Below, in pieces: positions 41,628 through 51,737 of a stretch of DNA of 64,000 bases. The stretch comes from Wickerhamiella versatilis. Its lineage: Eukaryota. The stretch covers positions 1,302,001 to 1,366,000 of the forward strand of contig JAQOWU010000008.1 of the NCBI GenBank assembly GCA_030867685.1, given 5' to 3'. A program made the position numbers and the translations under genes. Under the pieces are notes generated by a model. That model was not told the DNA's origin. It did no database searches and was given only the letters and a program-made list of their open reading frames with translations. Within the stretch, counting starts at the first letter, position 1, and each line of letters opens with the position of its first letter.

Positions 41628-43688
41628 TCATGCGCTCTCCACAACACCACCACCGACAGTCCTACCGTTCAAACGGAGAACGAACCGACCTAACTCTTTG
41701 CAGATGTTGGGAGTGGTTAAGATCGTGGGCTCTTCCAACTCAAGTTCAACTTTTGCAGCTTGACCTTTTATAATATGACGCGGAACTTTCGGTAGTGCGT
41801 TACCATGCTTGTCCAGTCCGGCTAATATTTTCGACACTCTCGCCATCTGATTGTGTCTGCCCATATAAAATGAGAGCTTCGTTCCTACTAAGAGAGGCCT
41901 TGGGATGTCAAATAGAATCAACCTAGACTCAAACTTCTTCATAGCATCGAGTTTTCCGTCTGGTGCTGTGATCACGTCTCCAGGACGTATCTCTACCGAA
42001 CTTCCAATTTCAAGCGTTGCATGGCTTCCTGCAACAGCGTAACCGCCAGACTCTACTGATTTAACCACACATTGCGTATCGTTCACCACTAGAGGATCAT
42101 TTTTTTCCGCTATTCCACTGAGTACACGCCCGAAGCATTGGATTGTGGACCGATATGCCTCTGGAAATGCGTTACTCACAAGGAAGCGAAAGGGTCCTTC
42201 AATATTTCTTGGACTGACCTTCACCGATTCCAGAGAATGTACTAGGGTGGGCCCATTATACCAAGGAATATCATTTGATGACGGCTTGACAATATTCACC
42301 CCCGTCTTACCGCTAGTTGGCACGTATGTCACGTTATTGAATCCAACATTTTTCTGGAGGAAAGGTTCCAGTTGGGCCTTAATGTCTTCGAAGCGGTCTT
42401 GGGACCAGTCTTGAATATCGAGCTTGTTTATGGCCACAATCATCTGGTCAATGCCCAGACCTCGAGCAAGAACTGCATGCTCCTTCGTCTGCCCATCAAG
42501 AGAAAAACCAGATTCAAATGCGTTTGTCGCGGCATCTACAACTAGCACAGCTACCTCAGCCTGCGAAACACCAGCAATCATGTTAGGGACATAATCACGA
42601 TGTCCCGGAGCATCCACCACGCTGAACCGGGCCTTGGGTGTTTCAAAGCTAGCCTCACCAAAATCAACAGTGACCCCACGCTCTCGTTCTTCTTCTGTGG
42701 CATCCAGTAGCCATGCTAGGGCAAAACTGCCTTTGCCAATTTTCGAGCTTTCTTTTTCATACTTGTCTACAAGTTTTGATGGAATCGCCCCAGAATCAAG
42801 CAGGAGTCTCCCCATTAAAGTTGATTTTCCAGCATCTACATGCCCAATGACGACAAAGCTAATATTGGGCTTCAGGCTCAGCGAGTTCAATTGGGCAATC
42901 ACACCATCTTTCGGCTTTGTCTTGGTCTTAGGAACGGATGCGGTTGCAGGCGTTTTAGCAACGTTCTTCGTCTTCGACTCTTTAGCAGGTTCAAAGGCTT
43001 CTGACTGTGCCGACAGAACCTGCTCATCAGGACTGGGCTTAGAAAAAGCTTCTTTGGCCTTCGGGCCCGCTGGTACTGCTGTGTTAGCATTCGTGCAACC
43101 GATCGCAAAATTACCGCCCATTAACAACCCAAGAGTTGATGGCTCACAAAGAACAACCTTGCTCCAGCTATAATCAATCTCAGGCTCCGATTTTACTGAT
43201 TTTGGTGCATCAGTGAAACTATCAGCTTCCTTATTGGACAGTTCGCTAGGTTCGTCAATGCTATCTGCGTTAACCCCATGCGTTGCAACATGCTGCTTCT
43301 GTCTTCGAAATCGATCTATAATGCCACCTGCAGTATCCGCATTATTGCTTTTATTATGCCGCTGGACAAGGCGCGCCAGCGCACCTTCCGAGCTGTTGTC
43401 CTTCTTCCCATCTCCCTGGCGTTTTTGAGCCAATAATTGTAATTTTGATAACTTACCCTCAGTTTTTTGTGATGCAGCTGGCTTAGGCGCAGACTTTTGA
43501 GCTTGCTTCGCCTGTTTTGAGGCCTGTAGACGCTTCAGTTCTGCGATGGCTGCATCCACGTCATAGTCTGTATGCTCTAGTGCCGTTAATGCTTCATCCT
43601 CAGATATTCTTGGTTTAGAATTCCGGAATACAGCAAGTACCTCATCTAGAGACTCGTCATAGTCGTCGTAGTCGTCGTCAAGCTGCAT
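41628..43688 (-). CDS. HBS1: Hbs1/Ski7 translational GTPase; 686 aa unspliced, 560 aa if the internal intron is removed
   Basis: GHVDAGKSTLMG, ERERGVT, DAPGHRDYVPNMI, NKLD; Hbs1-type N-terminus plus Ski7-like SKLQLLAQKR and FSKPSPDE motifs. Confidence 0.93.
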   Translation of the reverse strand: MQLDDDYDDYDESLDEVLAVFRNSKPRISEDEALTALEHTDYDVDAAIAELKRLQASKQAKQAQKSAPKPAASQKTEGKLSKLQLLAQKRQGDGKKDNSSEGALARLVQRHNKSNNADTAGGIIDRFRRQKQHVATHGVNADSIDEPSELSNKEADSFTDAPKSVKSEPEIDYSWSKVVLCEPSTLGLLMGGNFAIGCTNANTAVPAGPKAKEAFSKPSPDEQVLSAQSEAFEPAKESKTKNVAKTPATASVPKTKTKPKDGVIAQLNSLSLKPNISFVVIGHVDAGKSTLMGRLLLDSGAIPSKLVDKYEKESSKIGKGSFALAWLLDATEEERERGVTVDFGEASFETPKARFSVVDAPGHRDYVPNMIAGVSQAEVAVLVVDAATNAFESGFSLDGQTKEHAVLARGLGIDQMIVAINKLDIQDWSQDRFEDIKAQLEPFLQKNVGFNNVTYVPTSGKTGVNIVKPSSNDIPWYNGPTLVHSLESVKVSPRNIEGPFRFLVSNAFPEAYRSTIQCFGRVLSGIAEKNDPLVVNDTQCVVKSVESGGYAVAGSHATLEIGSSVEIRPGDVITAPDGKLDAMKKFESRLILFDIPRPLLVGTKLSFYMGRHNQMARVSKILAGLDKHGNALPKVPRHIIKGQAAKVELELEEPTILTTPNICKELGRFVLRLNGRTVGGGVVESA
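43079..43456 (-). other. Candidate in-frame retained intron (378 nt) in HBS1/SKI7
   Basis: GTAAGT donor at 43456, TGCTAAC branch at 43089-43083, ACAG acceptor ending 43079; length is a multiple of 3 with no stops. Confidence 0.78.
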
Positions 43689-43832
43689 AACGAATTTACT
43701 AACAACTTATATGATCATCCTAATAGATAGAGTATAGCATGGTTCTCTGAATAGCCCACATAGATAGTGCTAAATTATCAAAAGAAAAAAAATAAAAAGA
43801 CGTTGGACTGATATATGATTTTTTGTTACTAT

Positions 43833-44423
43833 TCAAAGTTGTTTCACGATATTTTTCGCTGCTTTTGAATTTAGGGAGGCGTTTACCACCTCGGCCTCGT
43901 TTATTCCCCAAGCTGCACGTAATTCCTCAAGTTGACGCTTCCCAAGCCATCCTTCACCTGGAATAAATACCCGGCGATACCCTTGACGTTCAGCCAGATA
44001 GTCTATCATCATGGAGCGAGTAAAGAAATCTTGAGCTCTGCGCGGAGATGTTTCAGGACTGCTCATCTTGCCAGGGCCACCCCTACACTGCTGGTGCTGT
44101 GGGAGTTTCGACAACCTCATTTCTGCACGAATGGCATCCAGGGCCGCCTGAGTTTGACAGTTCAGCTCCTCCTCAAGGTCTCGGGCAAATACATCGAGCC
44201 GCAAAGTCTCAGTGCGCGCCCCCTGCCTTAGTGTTGAACGCAGCATCACGATCGCAAACGTGAAGCCAATGATACAAAAGGTTGATAATATAGTCTCTAC
44301 TTGTTTTGCTGCTATGGTCGAAGTCAATTGCTGCATGCGATGCTCGAGTAATTTCTTCACCACTGCGCCGCAACTCCCGGCTAGAATAAGGGTGACTGCC
44401 ACATTACGAGCAAGAAATTCCAT
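43833..44423 (-). CDS. Hypothetical membrane protein (196 aa)
   Basis: ATG at 44423; two hydrophobic segments; C-terminal GYRRVFIPGEGW. Confidence 0.65.
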   Translation of the reverse strand: MEFLARNVAVTLILAGSCGAVVKKLLEHRMQQLTSTIAAKQVETILSTFCIIGFTFAIVMLRSTLRQGARTETLRLDVFARDLEEELNCQTQAALDAIRAEMRLSKLPQHQQCRGGPGKMSSPETSPRRAQDFFTRSMMIDYLAERQGYRRVFIPGEGWLGKRQLEELRAAWGINEAEVVNASLNSKAAKNIVKQL

Positions 44424-44843
44424 TGTTATAAAGTAACAAGTATCAGTCAATGGTGTCTTGAGGTGCGACTCAAGTCTCCTGTGTACTTGAATTATTTTAA
44501 AGCCACCAAATGGCGATACATACCGAATGGTTTCGGTTTTGTCATTGTAGCTCTATTTTAGTCGGAGGTAAATAATAAGCTAATAAACATACTCACAAGA
44601 TGATATCACTGAAGGCAAAAGGGGGGATACAAAAAGCAAGAGTGAACTCGCTATCATGCCCTCTTGGGCAACAAGTGGTTCAGACTCCCGGCGATAAGGT
44701 TCAGATTGTTCTTTGAAACAAGAATAGGAAAAGACTAGCTATAGTACGCGTGACGTCATAAGACTAAGAAGGTCGTAACAAGTTCAAGGTTAGGGCTCTT
44801 CGTTAGGTGCGAGAAAACAGCATCGGCGACGAGGTGGACGGCC

Positions 44844-45395
44844 ATGGTTGAGTTTACGGCCGTGGCAAATGTCTATAGAGTCCCTCCACCATCACACCAT
44901 CGCAGCTATGCTCATGATTGGGATCTGAGGGATCCCCTCTTTTCCTGTTTGGTTCGAGTGGATCCGGATGCCGGCGACGCTGATGACCCACTGCGGGTTC
45001 GTTTAGAGGATCAGAATGGCCAGATTATAGCAGTGGCGCCTTATGATGGTATGAATGGAATTGCGCCGGTTGCGGACAGCCCGCAGCACTACGTGTTAAT
45101 TGTCTCGAATGGAACGCTAGATGCTGAATTGGGCGTTGGCTTCGTAAATGCCGAGGATAGTGTTGAGTTTAGTCTTACTATCCAAAAGTTTATGCGTCGG
45201 CGGATGACGGAGCAGCGTCTCGGCTCAGGAAAGTGGAGCCAAAGGCTTGTAAACAAGCTTGACCAGGCAAGGGAAAAAGAAAAAGTAGATATACAAAAAA
45301 AGACCCCACCGCCTGTGTTAGAAGGTCCCCCTGAAAGGCCACAACCAACACCGAGTACCTCGAGCGAAGACGAGGACTTTGGCGAGTTTCATTGA
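44844..45395 (+). CDS. NECAP-like adaptin ear-binding protein (PHear/DUF1681)
   Basis: VYRVPP...YAHDW, IAPVADSPQHYVL, LGVGF, C-terminal EDFGEF. Confidence 0.78.
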   Translation: MVEFTAVANVYRVPPPSHHRSYAHDWDLRDPLFSCLVRVDPDAGDADDPLRVRLEDQNGQIIAVAPYDGMNGIAPVADSPQHYVLIVSNGTLDAELGVGFVNAEDSVEFSLTIQKFMRRRMTEQRLGSGKWSQRLVNKLDQAREKEKVDIQKKTPPPVLEGPPERPQPTPSTSSEDEDFGEFH

Positions 45396-45728
45396 TACTA
45401 TATATTTTCAGCTGGAATGGCTTCCCCGCTGGTTCATCGTGGCTTTATCGTCACTCGGAGAAGCATTATTCCGTTGTGACTTAATTTAAAGGCAATTGAC
45501 GTGTTGAACATGTCTAAGTTGCAATGGCTTTTGCTATTTGGAGGTTAACACTACCGCTTCATGAAATAGGTCTTTAGTGTGCAAAATGTAAGGAGAAATA
45601 TTCTTTTTCTTTTTTCTATATCACAGTGCTTCCGATTTTTATAAACCTATGCGAATTTAACTAGAAGTATCTGTTAAGGCCCGTCCAACACTTTACTCAT
45701 ATATATTTACAAAGTGGCCCAACCGGTC

Positions 45729-46262
45729 TCAAGCGTCCCTAAGCCAGTAAAACTTGCGTTGTTGTCTATGGGCTCTTGCTCGTGCACGTTTATCGTTCCA
45801 CATGCCTTTGATAGTTTCAAGGCGAGCATGCATTTCAGATGCTCTAGCCGGATGTGATGACGAAACCATACCAATAACTGCCTGAGAAACTCCAAACTTT
45901 TCGGCCAAGGCCTTTCGTGTCCACTGATTAGGATCTTCCCACCTCAAACGCTGTATCTCCGCAGCATCGTCTTGAGATAGGTGATACGTTCGGGTAGGTC
46001 TGGGACTCAACGCAGGCATTTGGTGAACAGGGTAGTCTTTACTATCCTTTACATAGCTGCGCTTATCTTGTGAAGGCAGAAATGCAGCAGGCGTTTCAAA
46101 CGGTGTTGGTGGTGCCGGTGACGGATTATAAGCGACGCCTTCTGGGGTAATAATTTTTTGCTTGTAGGCGCTACGAATAGGATTAAATTTTGTGGGAAAT
46201 CGAGCCTTAACCGGCGTCCTGTGAGCACCTCTGGCCGCTAACCTTGGAGCTGAGGGTAACAT
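45729..46262 (-). CDS. MRPL20: Mitochondrial ribosomal protein mL58
   Basis: YNPSPAPPTPFETPAAFLP..D.R, YHLS..DAAEIQRLR..DP.QWTRKALAEKFGVS. Confidence 0.9.
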   Translation of the reverse strand: MLPSAPRLAARGAHRTPVKARFPTKFNPIRSAYKQKIITPEGVAYNPSPAPPTPFETPAAFLPSQDKRSYVKDSKDYPVHQMPALSPRPTRTYHLSQDDAAEIQRLRWEDPNQWTRKALAEKFGVSQAVIGMVSSSHPARASEMHARLETIKGMWNDKRARARAHRQQRKFYWLRDA

Positions 46263-48669
46263 GCCTACTGGAAAAAGGCTTATTAAGAGTGTATCATGTG
46301 ATATGGCAGTGGATCGTTCTTGTCATGAGATCGATTCACGCGCGACCGGCCAGCGTATTGAAACGGCAACAGAGGATCAAAATAATATAGAGACTGAACG
46401 CAGAATATTTGTTTTAGATGCCAAACCTCAATTCCTTCAAGGCCATGTTAGCTCCTCTTTTCCCCAAGTAGAGTATTCGACAATTAAAGAGCCACAGGGT
46501 AGGATGGCTATTGCGGCGAGGCAAGGTTCTGCTCTTGTTCATAACCTTAGATCGTTGCGAGAACGCCAGAAGAAAACTCGAGAAGCAGTTGGAGTTAGTG
46601 ATGATAGGACCAAACACAAAAAACTTGGCAATACGGATGGCTGGAACAAGTTGACAGCAGAGGAGAGCCGGAGACAAAGAGAGAGTTTACCTGCTGCGAA
46701 GTGTAGGGAAGATATATTGAATCTCGTAAGAGAAAATCAAATTGTCATAGTGGTTGGTGAGACAGGTTCAGGAAAAACTACTCAACTTCCTCAATTTCTG
46801 TTCGACGCAGGGTACAAGAGCGTTGTATGTACACAACCACGTCGTATTGCGGCAAGAAGTGTGGCCGAACGCGTGGCAGCGGAGCGGGGCTGTGACATTG
46901 GATCTGAGGTTGGCTATTCGATCCGGTTTGAGGACCGCACCTCTACAGAGACCAGTATAAAATTTGTTACGGATGGTATACTTATTCGAGAAATATTGGG
47001 AGATTCTGTACTCGATAGATATTCTTGTGTTATTATCGATGAAGCTCACGAGCGTTCTCTCAATACAGATATACTGCTCGGTCTCACAAAACTTATGCTC
47101 CAAAAACGAAGTGACTTGAAGGTCCTAATAACTTCTGCCACTTTAAATTCCAACCTATTTGCTAGTTACTTTGGCGGAGCTCCCCTATATACTATTCCTG
47201 GACGGACTTGGCCTGTTCAAACTATGCATGTTGATAGCCCTGTTGACGATTATGTGGCTTCTAGTGTACAGCAGGCACTCAAGATACACCTTTCTGAGCC
47301 TTTGGGTGGTGATATACTTGTATTCATGACTGGACAGGATGATATCCAGGCTTTTTGTGATGATATTACGTCTAAATTAATCGACCTTGAGGTTGGAACG
47401 CCCATGGAAGTACTTCCTTTTTATTCTCAATTGCCTAATGACCTCCAGGAAAGGGTATTTTTCAAAACGCCTCCTGGAGTCAGAAAGTGCGTGGTCTCAA
47501 CAAATATTGCTGAGACCTCAATTACAGTTGACGGGATTAAATATGTGATTGACAGTGGATTTGCCAAGCTGAAGGTATATAAGCCTTCAATGGGACTTGA
47601 TGCCTTGCAAACTGTTCCTATAGCACGGTCCAATGCGCTTCAACGTTCAGGAAGAGCCGGAAGAACAAGTAAAGGCTGGGCATTTCGAATGTATACGAAG
47701 GCCGCAGAGGAAGATGAAATGTATGAACAGCAATTACCAGAAATTCAGCGTGCTAACCTTTCCTCTGTGATACTTCTTCTGAAAAGTCTCGGGATAGATC
47801 CCATTCTGGACTTTCCTTGGTTATCTCAACCCCCATCGGCAAGTTTAGTAGCCAGCTGTTACGAACTTTGGGTCCTAGATGCACTTGATTCTAAAAGCGG
47901 CGCAATTACGAAACTAGGGCTTGATCTCGTGGCATATCCGATGGATCCCTCGATGGCACGAGTCATTATTGCAGGCATCGAGGCTAATTGCGCCTCTGAG
48001 ATTTTAACAATACTTGCCATGCTCTGTGTACCTAGTGTGTATGTTAGAACATCAGAAAGGGCAAAGCAAGCTGATCGTGCACACGAGAGGTTCATAGTTT
48101 CTGGCAGTGATCATTTGACGCTGCTTAATGTATATGATCAATGGGAAACCAATAGAAGATCAAGCAATTGGGCATCTGAGAATTTTCTTCAACCCAAATC
48201 TCTATGGCTCGCTGCTAATGTACGAGAACAACTTATAGGACTGGTTGGCTGGAAGGGTGTCAAGAAATCACGAAAATCAGATTGGGAAAGACTTGTTAGG
48301 AGATCTATCTGCAAAGGATATTTTCATCATGCCGCTCAAACACGCGGCCTAAATGGTTATACAGGTCTCAGGAATAATGCAGATCTCAAAATCCATCCGA
48401 CAAGTGCATTACACGGGATAAGCTCAAGTTCACCCTATGTAATTTATCACGAACTTATTTTGACATCTCAGCAGTATATGATGGTGGTTACTGAGGTCGA
48501 CGCGGAATGGCTGCTTGAGGATGGAGCAAAGTTTTATTATACCGAGGGCTCTAAGCCTATGGACTCAGTTGATGAAGCAGACGAGGAATATAGCAAACCT
48601 TTGAAGCGACCTCGCTTTGAGCGGAAGCGAGCCAGATTGCCAAAACGGACAGTATTTCGAGGCGTTTAG
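46261..48669 (+). CDS. PRP16: Splicing DEAH-box helicase Prp16 (start may be ATG 46303)
   Basis: MAIAARQGSALV, GETGSGKTTQ, DEAHERSLNTDIL, QRSGRAGR; divergent from MRPL20 as in S. cerevisiae. Confidence 0.88.
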   Translation: MPTGKRLIKSVSCDMAVDRSCHEIDSRATGQRIETATEDQNNIETERRIFVLDAKPQFLQGHVSSSFPQVEYSTIKEPQGRMAIAARQGSALVHNLRSLRERQKKTREAVGVSDDRTKHKKLGNTDGWNKLTAEESRRQRESLPAAKCREDILNLVRENQIVIVVGETGSGKTTQLPQFLFDAGYKSVVCTQPRRIAARSVAERVAAERGCDIGSEVGYSIRFEDRTSTETSIKFVTDGILIREILGDSVLDRYSCVIIDEAHERSLNTDILLGLTKLMLQKRSDLKVLITSATLNSNLFASYFGGAPLYTIPGRTWPVQTMHVDSPVDDYVASSVQQALKIHLSEPLGGDILVFMTGQDDIQAFCDDITSKLIDLEVGTPMEVLPFYSQLPNDLQERVFFKTPPGVRKCVVSTNIAETSITVDGIKYVIDSGFAKLKVYKPSMGLDALQTVPIARSNALQRSGRAGRTSKGWAFRMYTKAAEEDEMYEQQLPEIQRANLSSVILLLKSLGIDPILDFPWLSQPPSASLVASCYELWVLDALDSKSGAITKLGLDLVAYPMDPSMARVIIAGIEANCASEILTILAMLCVPSVYVRTSERAKQADRAHERFIVSGSDHLTLLNVYDQWETNRRSSNWASENFLQPKSLWLAANVREQLIGLVGWKGVKKSRKSDWERLVRRSICKGYFHHAAQTRGLNGYTGLRNNADLKIHPTSALHGISSSSPYVIYHELILTSQQYMMVVTEVDAEWLLEDGAKFYYTEGSKPMDSVDEADEEYSKPLKRPRFERKRARLPKRTVFRGV

Positions 48670-48757
48670 TTCAGGTAACTAAATATATCTGATTTATTAC
48701 AAAAGAAACTGCTCAAAACCATGCACTTCTAGTCATACGCAACATTACGATAGCCCA

Positions 48758-49642
48758 CTATGGGAATACGATATTGTCTATTAGACGTACATGCTTGTGA
48801 GATGAAGATTTGATTACGATTGCTGCGCTCAAAGCAGAATTAGGCCGCAGTTCTTCCAATGGTGCGAAATTTTCGAGATCGTTTATTGCAATATATTCAA
48901 TATTTTCCACAATGGGATTTTGAAGCTCTGAACGAACTAATGAGAGAAGAACTTCTGACTTGGATTCTCCAGATACATAAGCACTTTCTGCTTTCCTCAG
49001 TGCATTGTAGAGAATTGCAGCATTTTGTCTAGTGTTTGCGTCAAGGTAGGTATTGCGAGATGACATGGCTAACCCGGACTCCTCTCTCACGGTTGGCACA
49101 ACGACGATTTCAATAGGCATCAATAAATCGCGTACCATCTGCTTGATCACAACACATTGCTGGATATCTTTTTGTCCAAAATAGGCCCTATTTGGCTGAA
49201 CCGCGTTAAAAAGTTTGTTGACCACTGTTGCCACGCCTCGAAAAAAATTTGGTCTTGATGCACCTTCCAATGTTTCACTACATCCAAGAACCTCTACAAA
49301 TGTGCCTTTCTGAGAATTTCGATCAAGAGTTATCGTTGATGGATACATCTCCAGTACAGGCGGAACAAATACCACGATAGGATGACCTCCCGCAATGGCC
49401 TCAATGCGGGCCAGGTCGTCATCTAAAGTTTTTGGATATTCCTCAAGATCTTCATGAGGAGCGAACTGGCTGGGGTTCACAAATATTGAGATAACCACCA
49501 CGTCATTTTGTGCAAGCGCCTGCCGCAGCAAGGCTAAGTGTCCATCATGTAGTGCTCCCATTGTAGGAACAAAGCCTACATATTTATTCTGGTGAGAATT
49601 TCTCCAAGCTCGCAATTGTGATACAGTTCTTAAAACTTCCAT
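48758..49642 (-). CDS. PAN6: Pantoate-beta-alanine ligase
   Basis: GFVPTMGALHDGH, SIFVNPSQF, RPNFFRGVATVV, FGQKDIQQ, GLAMSSRN, RLIDN. Confidence 0.96.
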   Translation of the reverse strand: MEVLRTVSQLRAWRNSHQNKYVGFVPTMGALHDGHLALLRQALAQNDVVVISIFVNPSQFAPHEDLEEYPKTLDDDLARIEAIAGGHPIVVFVPPVLEMYPSTITLDRNSQKGTFVEVLGCSETLEGASRPNFFRGVATVVNKLFNAVQPNRAYFGQKDIQQCVVIKQMVRDLLMPIEIVVVPTVREESGLAMSSRNTYLDANTRQNAAILYNALRKAESAYVSGESKSEVLLSLVRSELQNPIVENIEYIAINDLENFAPLEELRPNSALSAAIVIKSSSHKHVRLIDNIVFP

Positions 49643-49876
49643 TCCAAAATTTCAACGGTCAACGAAATATTAGTAATAATAATTCGTTATCCCGACGTGG
49701 TAAAGTGGAGATGAATTTATATGCTGCTCGGGCAATTGATATATTTTGAGAATAGCTAGTTGGCAGGATTTGATCTTTCGCCACTATATTTCATGGTGTT
49801 TGGCATGCCTAAAAGAAGAAAAAAAAATATTATCTAATTACATCACTTTTTCGAGCTCTACCATCTGCAAGGGCCT

Positions 49877-50950
49877 ATGGTCAAAGCGAATCAGGATATA
49901 CTGAATGAAGTTGGTGCTTATCTAGAGGCAGCAGGGTTGAAGAAAACCGTGAATTCACTGAAACGCGAGTTCAGCAGCTTGAATTATGATGAAGATGACG
50001 GTGAAGCGCTGGTCAAGCGGTTCAGGGTAACTCGCCAACCAAAGTCAGTCAAAAAAGCACAGCCTCACAGTAGTACAAAGGCTGCTGCTTCATCGAATTC
50101 AGATTCAAAAACCAGCTCGGGGACAGATAGTTCCTCAAGTTCTAGTTCTAGTTCTAATTCAGGATCAAGTTCAGAATCGGAGTCTTCTAGTTCCAGTAGC
50201 GATTCTGAAAATGATGAAGACTCAAGTGACTCCTCTAAGTCAGAATCTGCCTCCGACAGCAGCTCAGACTCAGAAGACTCCTCTAGCTCCGAGTCAAGCT
50301 CAAGCTCAAGCGACAACGAGTCAGATTCAAGTTCAAGCAGCTCCGAGTCAGATAGTTCTTCCAGCTCAGACTCCGATTCCGATTCCGATTCCGATTCTGA
50401 TTCAAGCAGTAATTCTGAGTCAGGGGACACATCTAATTCGGACTCTAGTGGTGATTCTGAGTCTGATAGCTCATCCAGCTCTAATTCGAGTTCGAGCAGT
50501 GAATCCGACTCGGATGATTCTTCTAGCTCGGATTCTGACTCTGAATCTGATAACTCTTCAGATGCTAATTCCAGTAAGAAACCAGTTTCCAATTCCTCGA
50601 GGGATAGTGCAAAATCTGTTTCGAATGACGAAACTGGCAATTCGTCTGGTACCTCTGAGGAACCATATGAAAACTCTTCTGCTCAATCACACGCTTTAAA
50701 TCGTGCAGATGAGGGTAAAAGGCATTATTTTTCGCGTGTTGATCAATCTAAAGTCCAATTTGCAGATCCGACATTAAGAGATAACACTTACAAGGGTGCT
50801 GCGGGTAATTGGGGAGAAAGAGCAAATGACAGACTTACAGCGGTCAGAGGAAAAAACTTTACGAAGAACAAGAACAAAATGAAAAAGGGTAGCTACCGAG
50901 GAGGTAAAATTCTGTCACACCAAGTTGGAAGCTACAAGTTCGAAGATTGA
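49877..50950 (+). CDS. SRP40: Nucleolar Ser-rich protein Srp40 (Nopp140-like)
   Basis: LisH-like N-terminus, S/D/E tract, C-terminal FSRVD...WGERANDRL..VRGKNFTKNKNKMKKGSYRGG. Confidence 0.92.
   Translation: MVKANQDILNEVGAYLEAAGLKKTVNSLKREFSSLNYDEDDGEALVKRFRVTRQPKSVKKAQPHSSTKAAASSNSDSKTSSGTDSSSSSSSSSNSGSSSESESSSSSSDSENDEDSSDSSKSESASDSSSDSEDSSSSESSSSSSDNESDSSSSSSESDSSSSSDSDSDSDSDSDSSSNSESGDTSNSDSSGDSESDSSSSSNSSSSSESDSDDSSSSDSDSESDNSSDANSSKKPVSNSSRDSAKSVSNDETGNSSGTSEEPYENSSAQSHALNRADEGKRHYFSRVDQSKVQFADPTLRDNTYKGAAGNWGERANDRLTAVRGKNFTKNKNKMKKGSYRGGKILSHQVGSYKFED
50090..50570 (+). repeat. Low-complexity Ser/Asp/Glu coding tract in SRP40, including (GATTCC)n and (TCAAGC)n
   Basis: ctccgattccgattccgattccgattc near 50371-50398; tcaagctcaagctcaagc near 50294-50311. 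Confidence 0.85.
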
Positions 50951-51127
50951 TTGATATAATAATCTTAAGTACTTAATCTGCGTAATCATATTAGCTACAC
51001 GAATCATTTATAAAACGTCTTATTTGAGCAGATCATAATCATGTATGTGCCATATATATCTTGTGTGATATAGTTGAATTTGTAATCGTAGCCTACATAG
51101 CAAACTTACGCCAAGACAAGTTGAGCG

Positions 51128-51463
51128 ATGGGGCTGATAGCCGTCGCGGCTGTAGGCCTTGCTATTATGTTGAAAATTACTTTGACCCTTGTTGTCAACG
51201 AAGAATCTATTCTGATGACAATCACTAAGCGTATTAGAAGGGATCCTGTGAACATGCCATTATTACCATTTCATGAAACATTACAATACCAATCTCATGG
51301 CAAACGTTCAGATGATATGGCAGATACATTATCCATTTCAAGTTTGCCTTCGTTAATAAGTGGCTCTCATTTTTCAGAATCAGACGCCGAAGCAGCCTCA
51401 CTGCTTTCTTATCCTAGTCAGGCCGGTGACCCTGGCATTATCGTGAGTCACTTTGACTTATAG
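51128..51463 (+). CDS. Possible small protein with hydrophobic N-terminus (111 aa)
   Basis: ATG ORF filling an intergenic gap; no family recognised. Confidence 0.4.
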   Translation: MGLIAVAAVGLAIMLKITLTLVVNEESILMTITKRIRRDPVNMPLLPFHETLQYQSHGKRSDDMADTLSISSLPSLISGSHFSESDAEAASLLSYPSQAGDPGIIVSHFDL

Positions 51464-51737
51464 AGCACCAATTGCCTGCTCTTCAATTATCCTGGATATT
51501 TAAATGGCACTGGATATAATAAGTATTTTTGTTCTCTAATGACTGCGGCATGGTTTCGTGAGATAGCACAGTTTGGCTTTGGAGCTCTCTAATTATACGC
51601 CGTTTTATCGAAATTCTGAATATAGCAAAATACTCCACTTAATATTTATCTTTTAAAACCTAGTCCTGTGATAGTCACATGATGCAAAAGGCGATGATGT
51701 TTGATTACGACGCCACTCAATCATCATCACCTGAAGC

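Noticed and set aside
48758-49642. PAN6 as a bacterial horizontal transfer
   Set aside because: Has the fungal-type insertion (MYPSTITLD...QKGTFVEVLG) and sits near SSL2 as in S. cerevisiae.
50065-50699. Glu/Leu/Ser-rich antisense and alternate-frame ORFs
   Set aside because: Shadows of the SRP40 low-complexity tract.
51670-51736. ATGATG...CTGA with a weak inverted repeat as a C/D snoRNA
   Set aside because: Imperfect C box, no guide sequence recognised, and it directly abuts an ATG.
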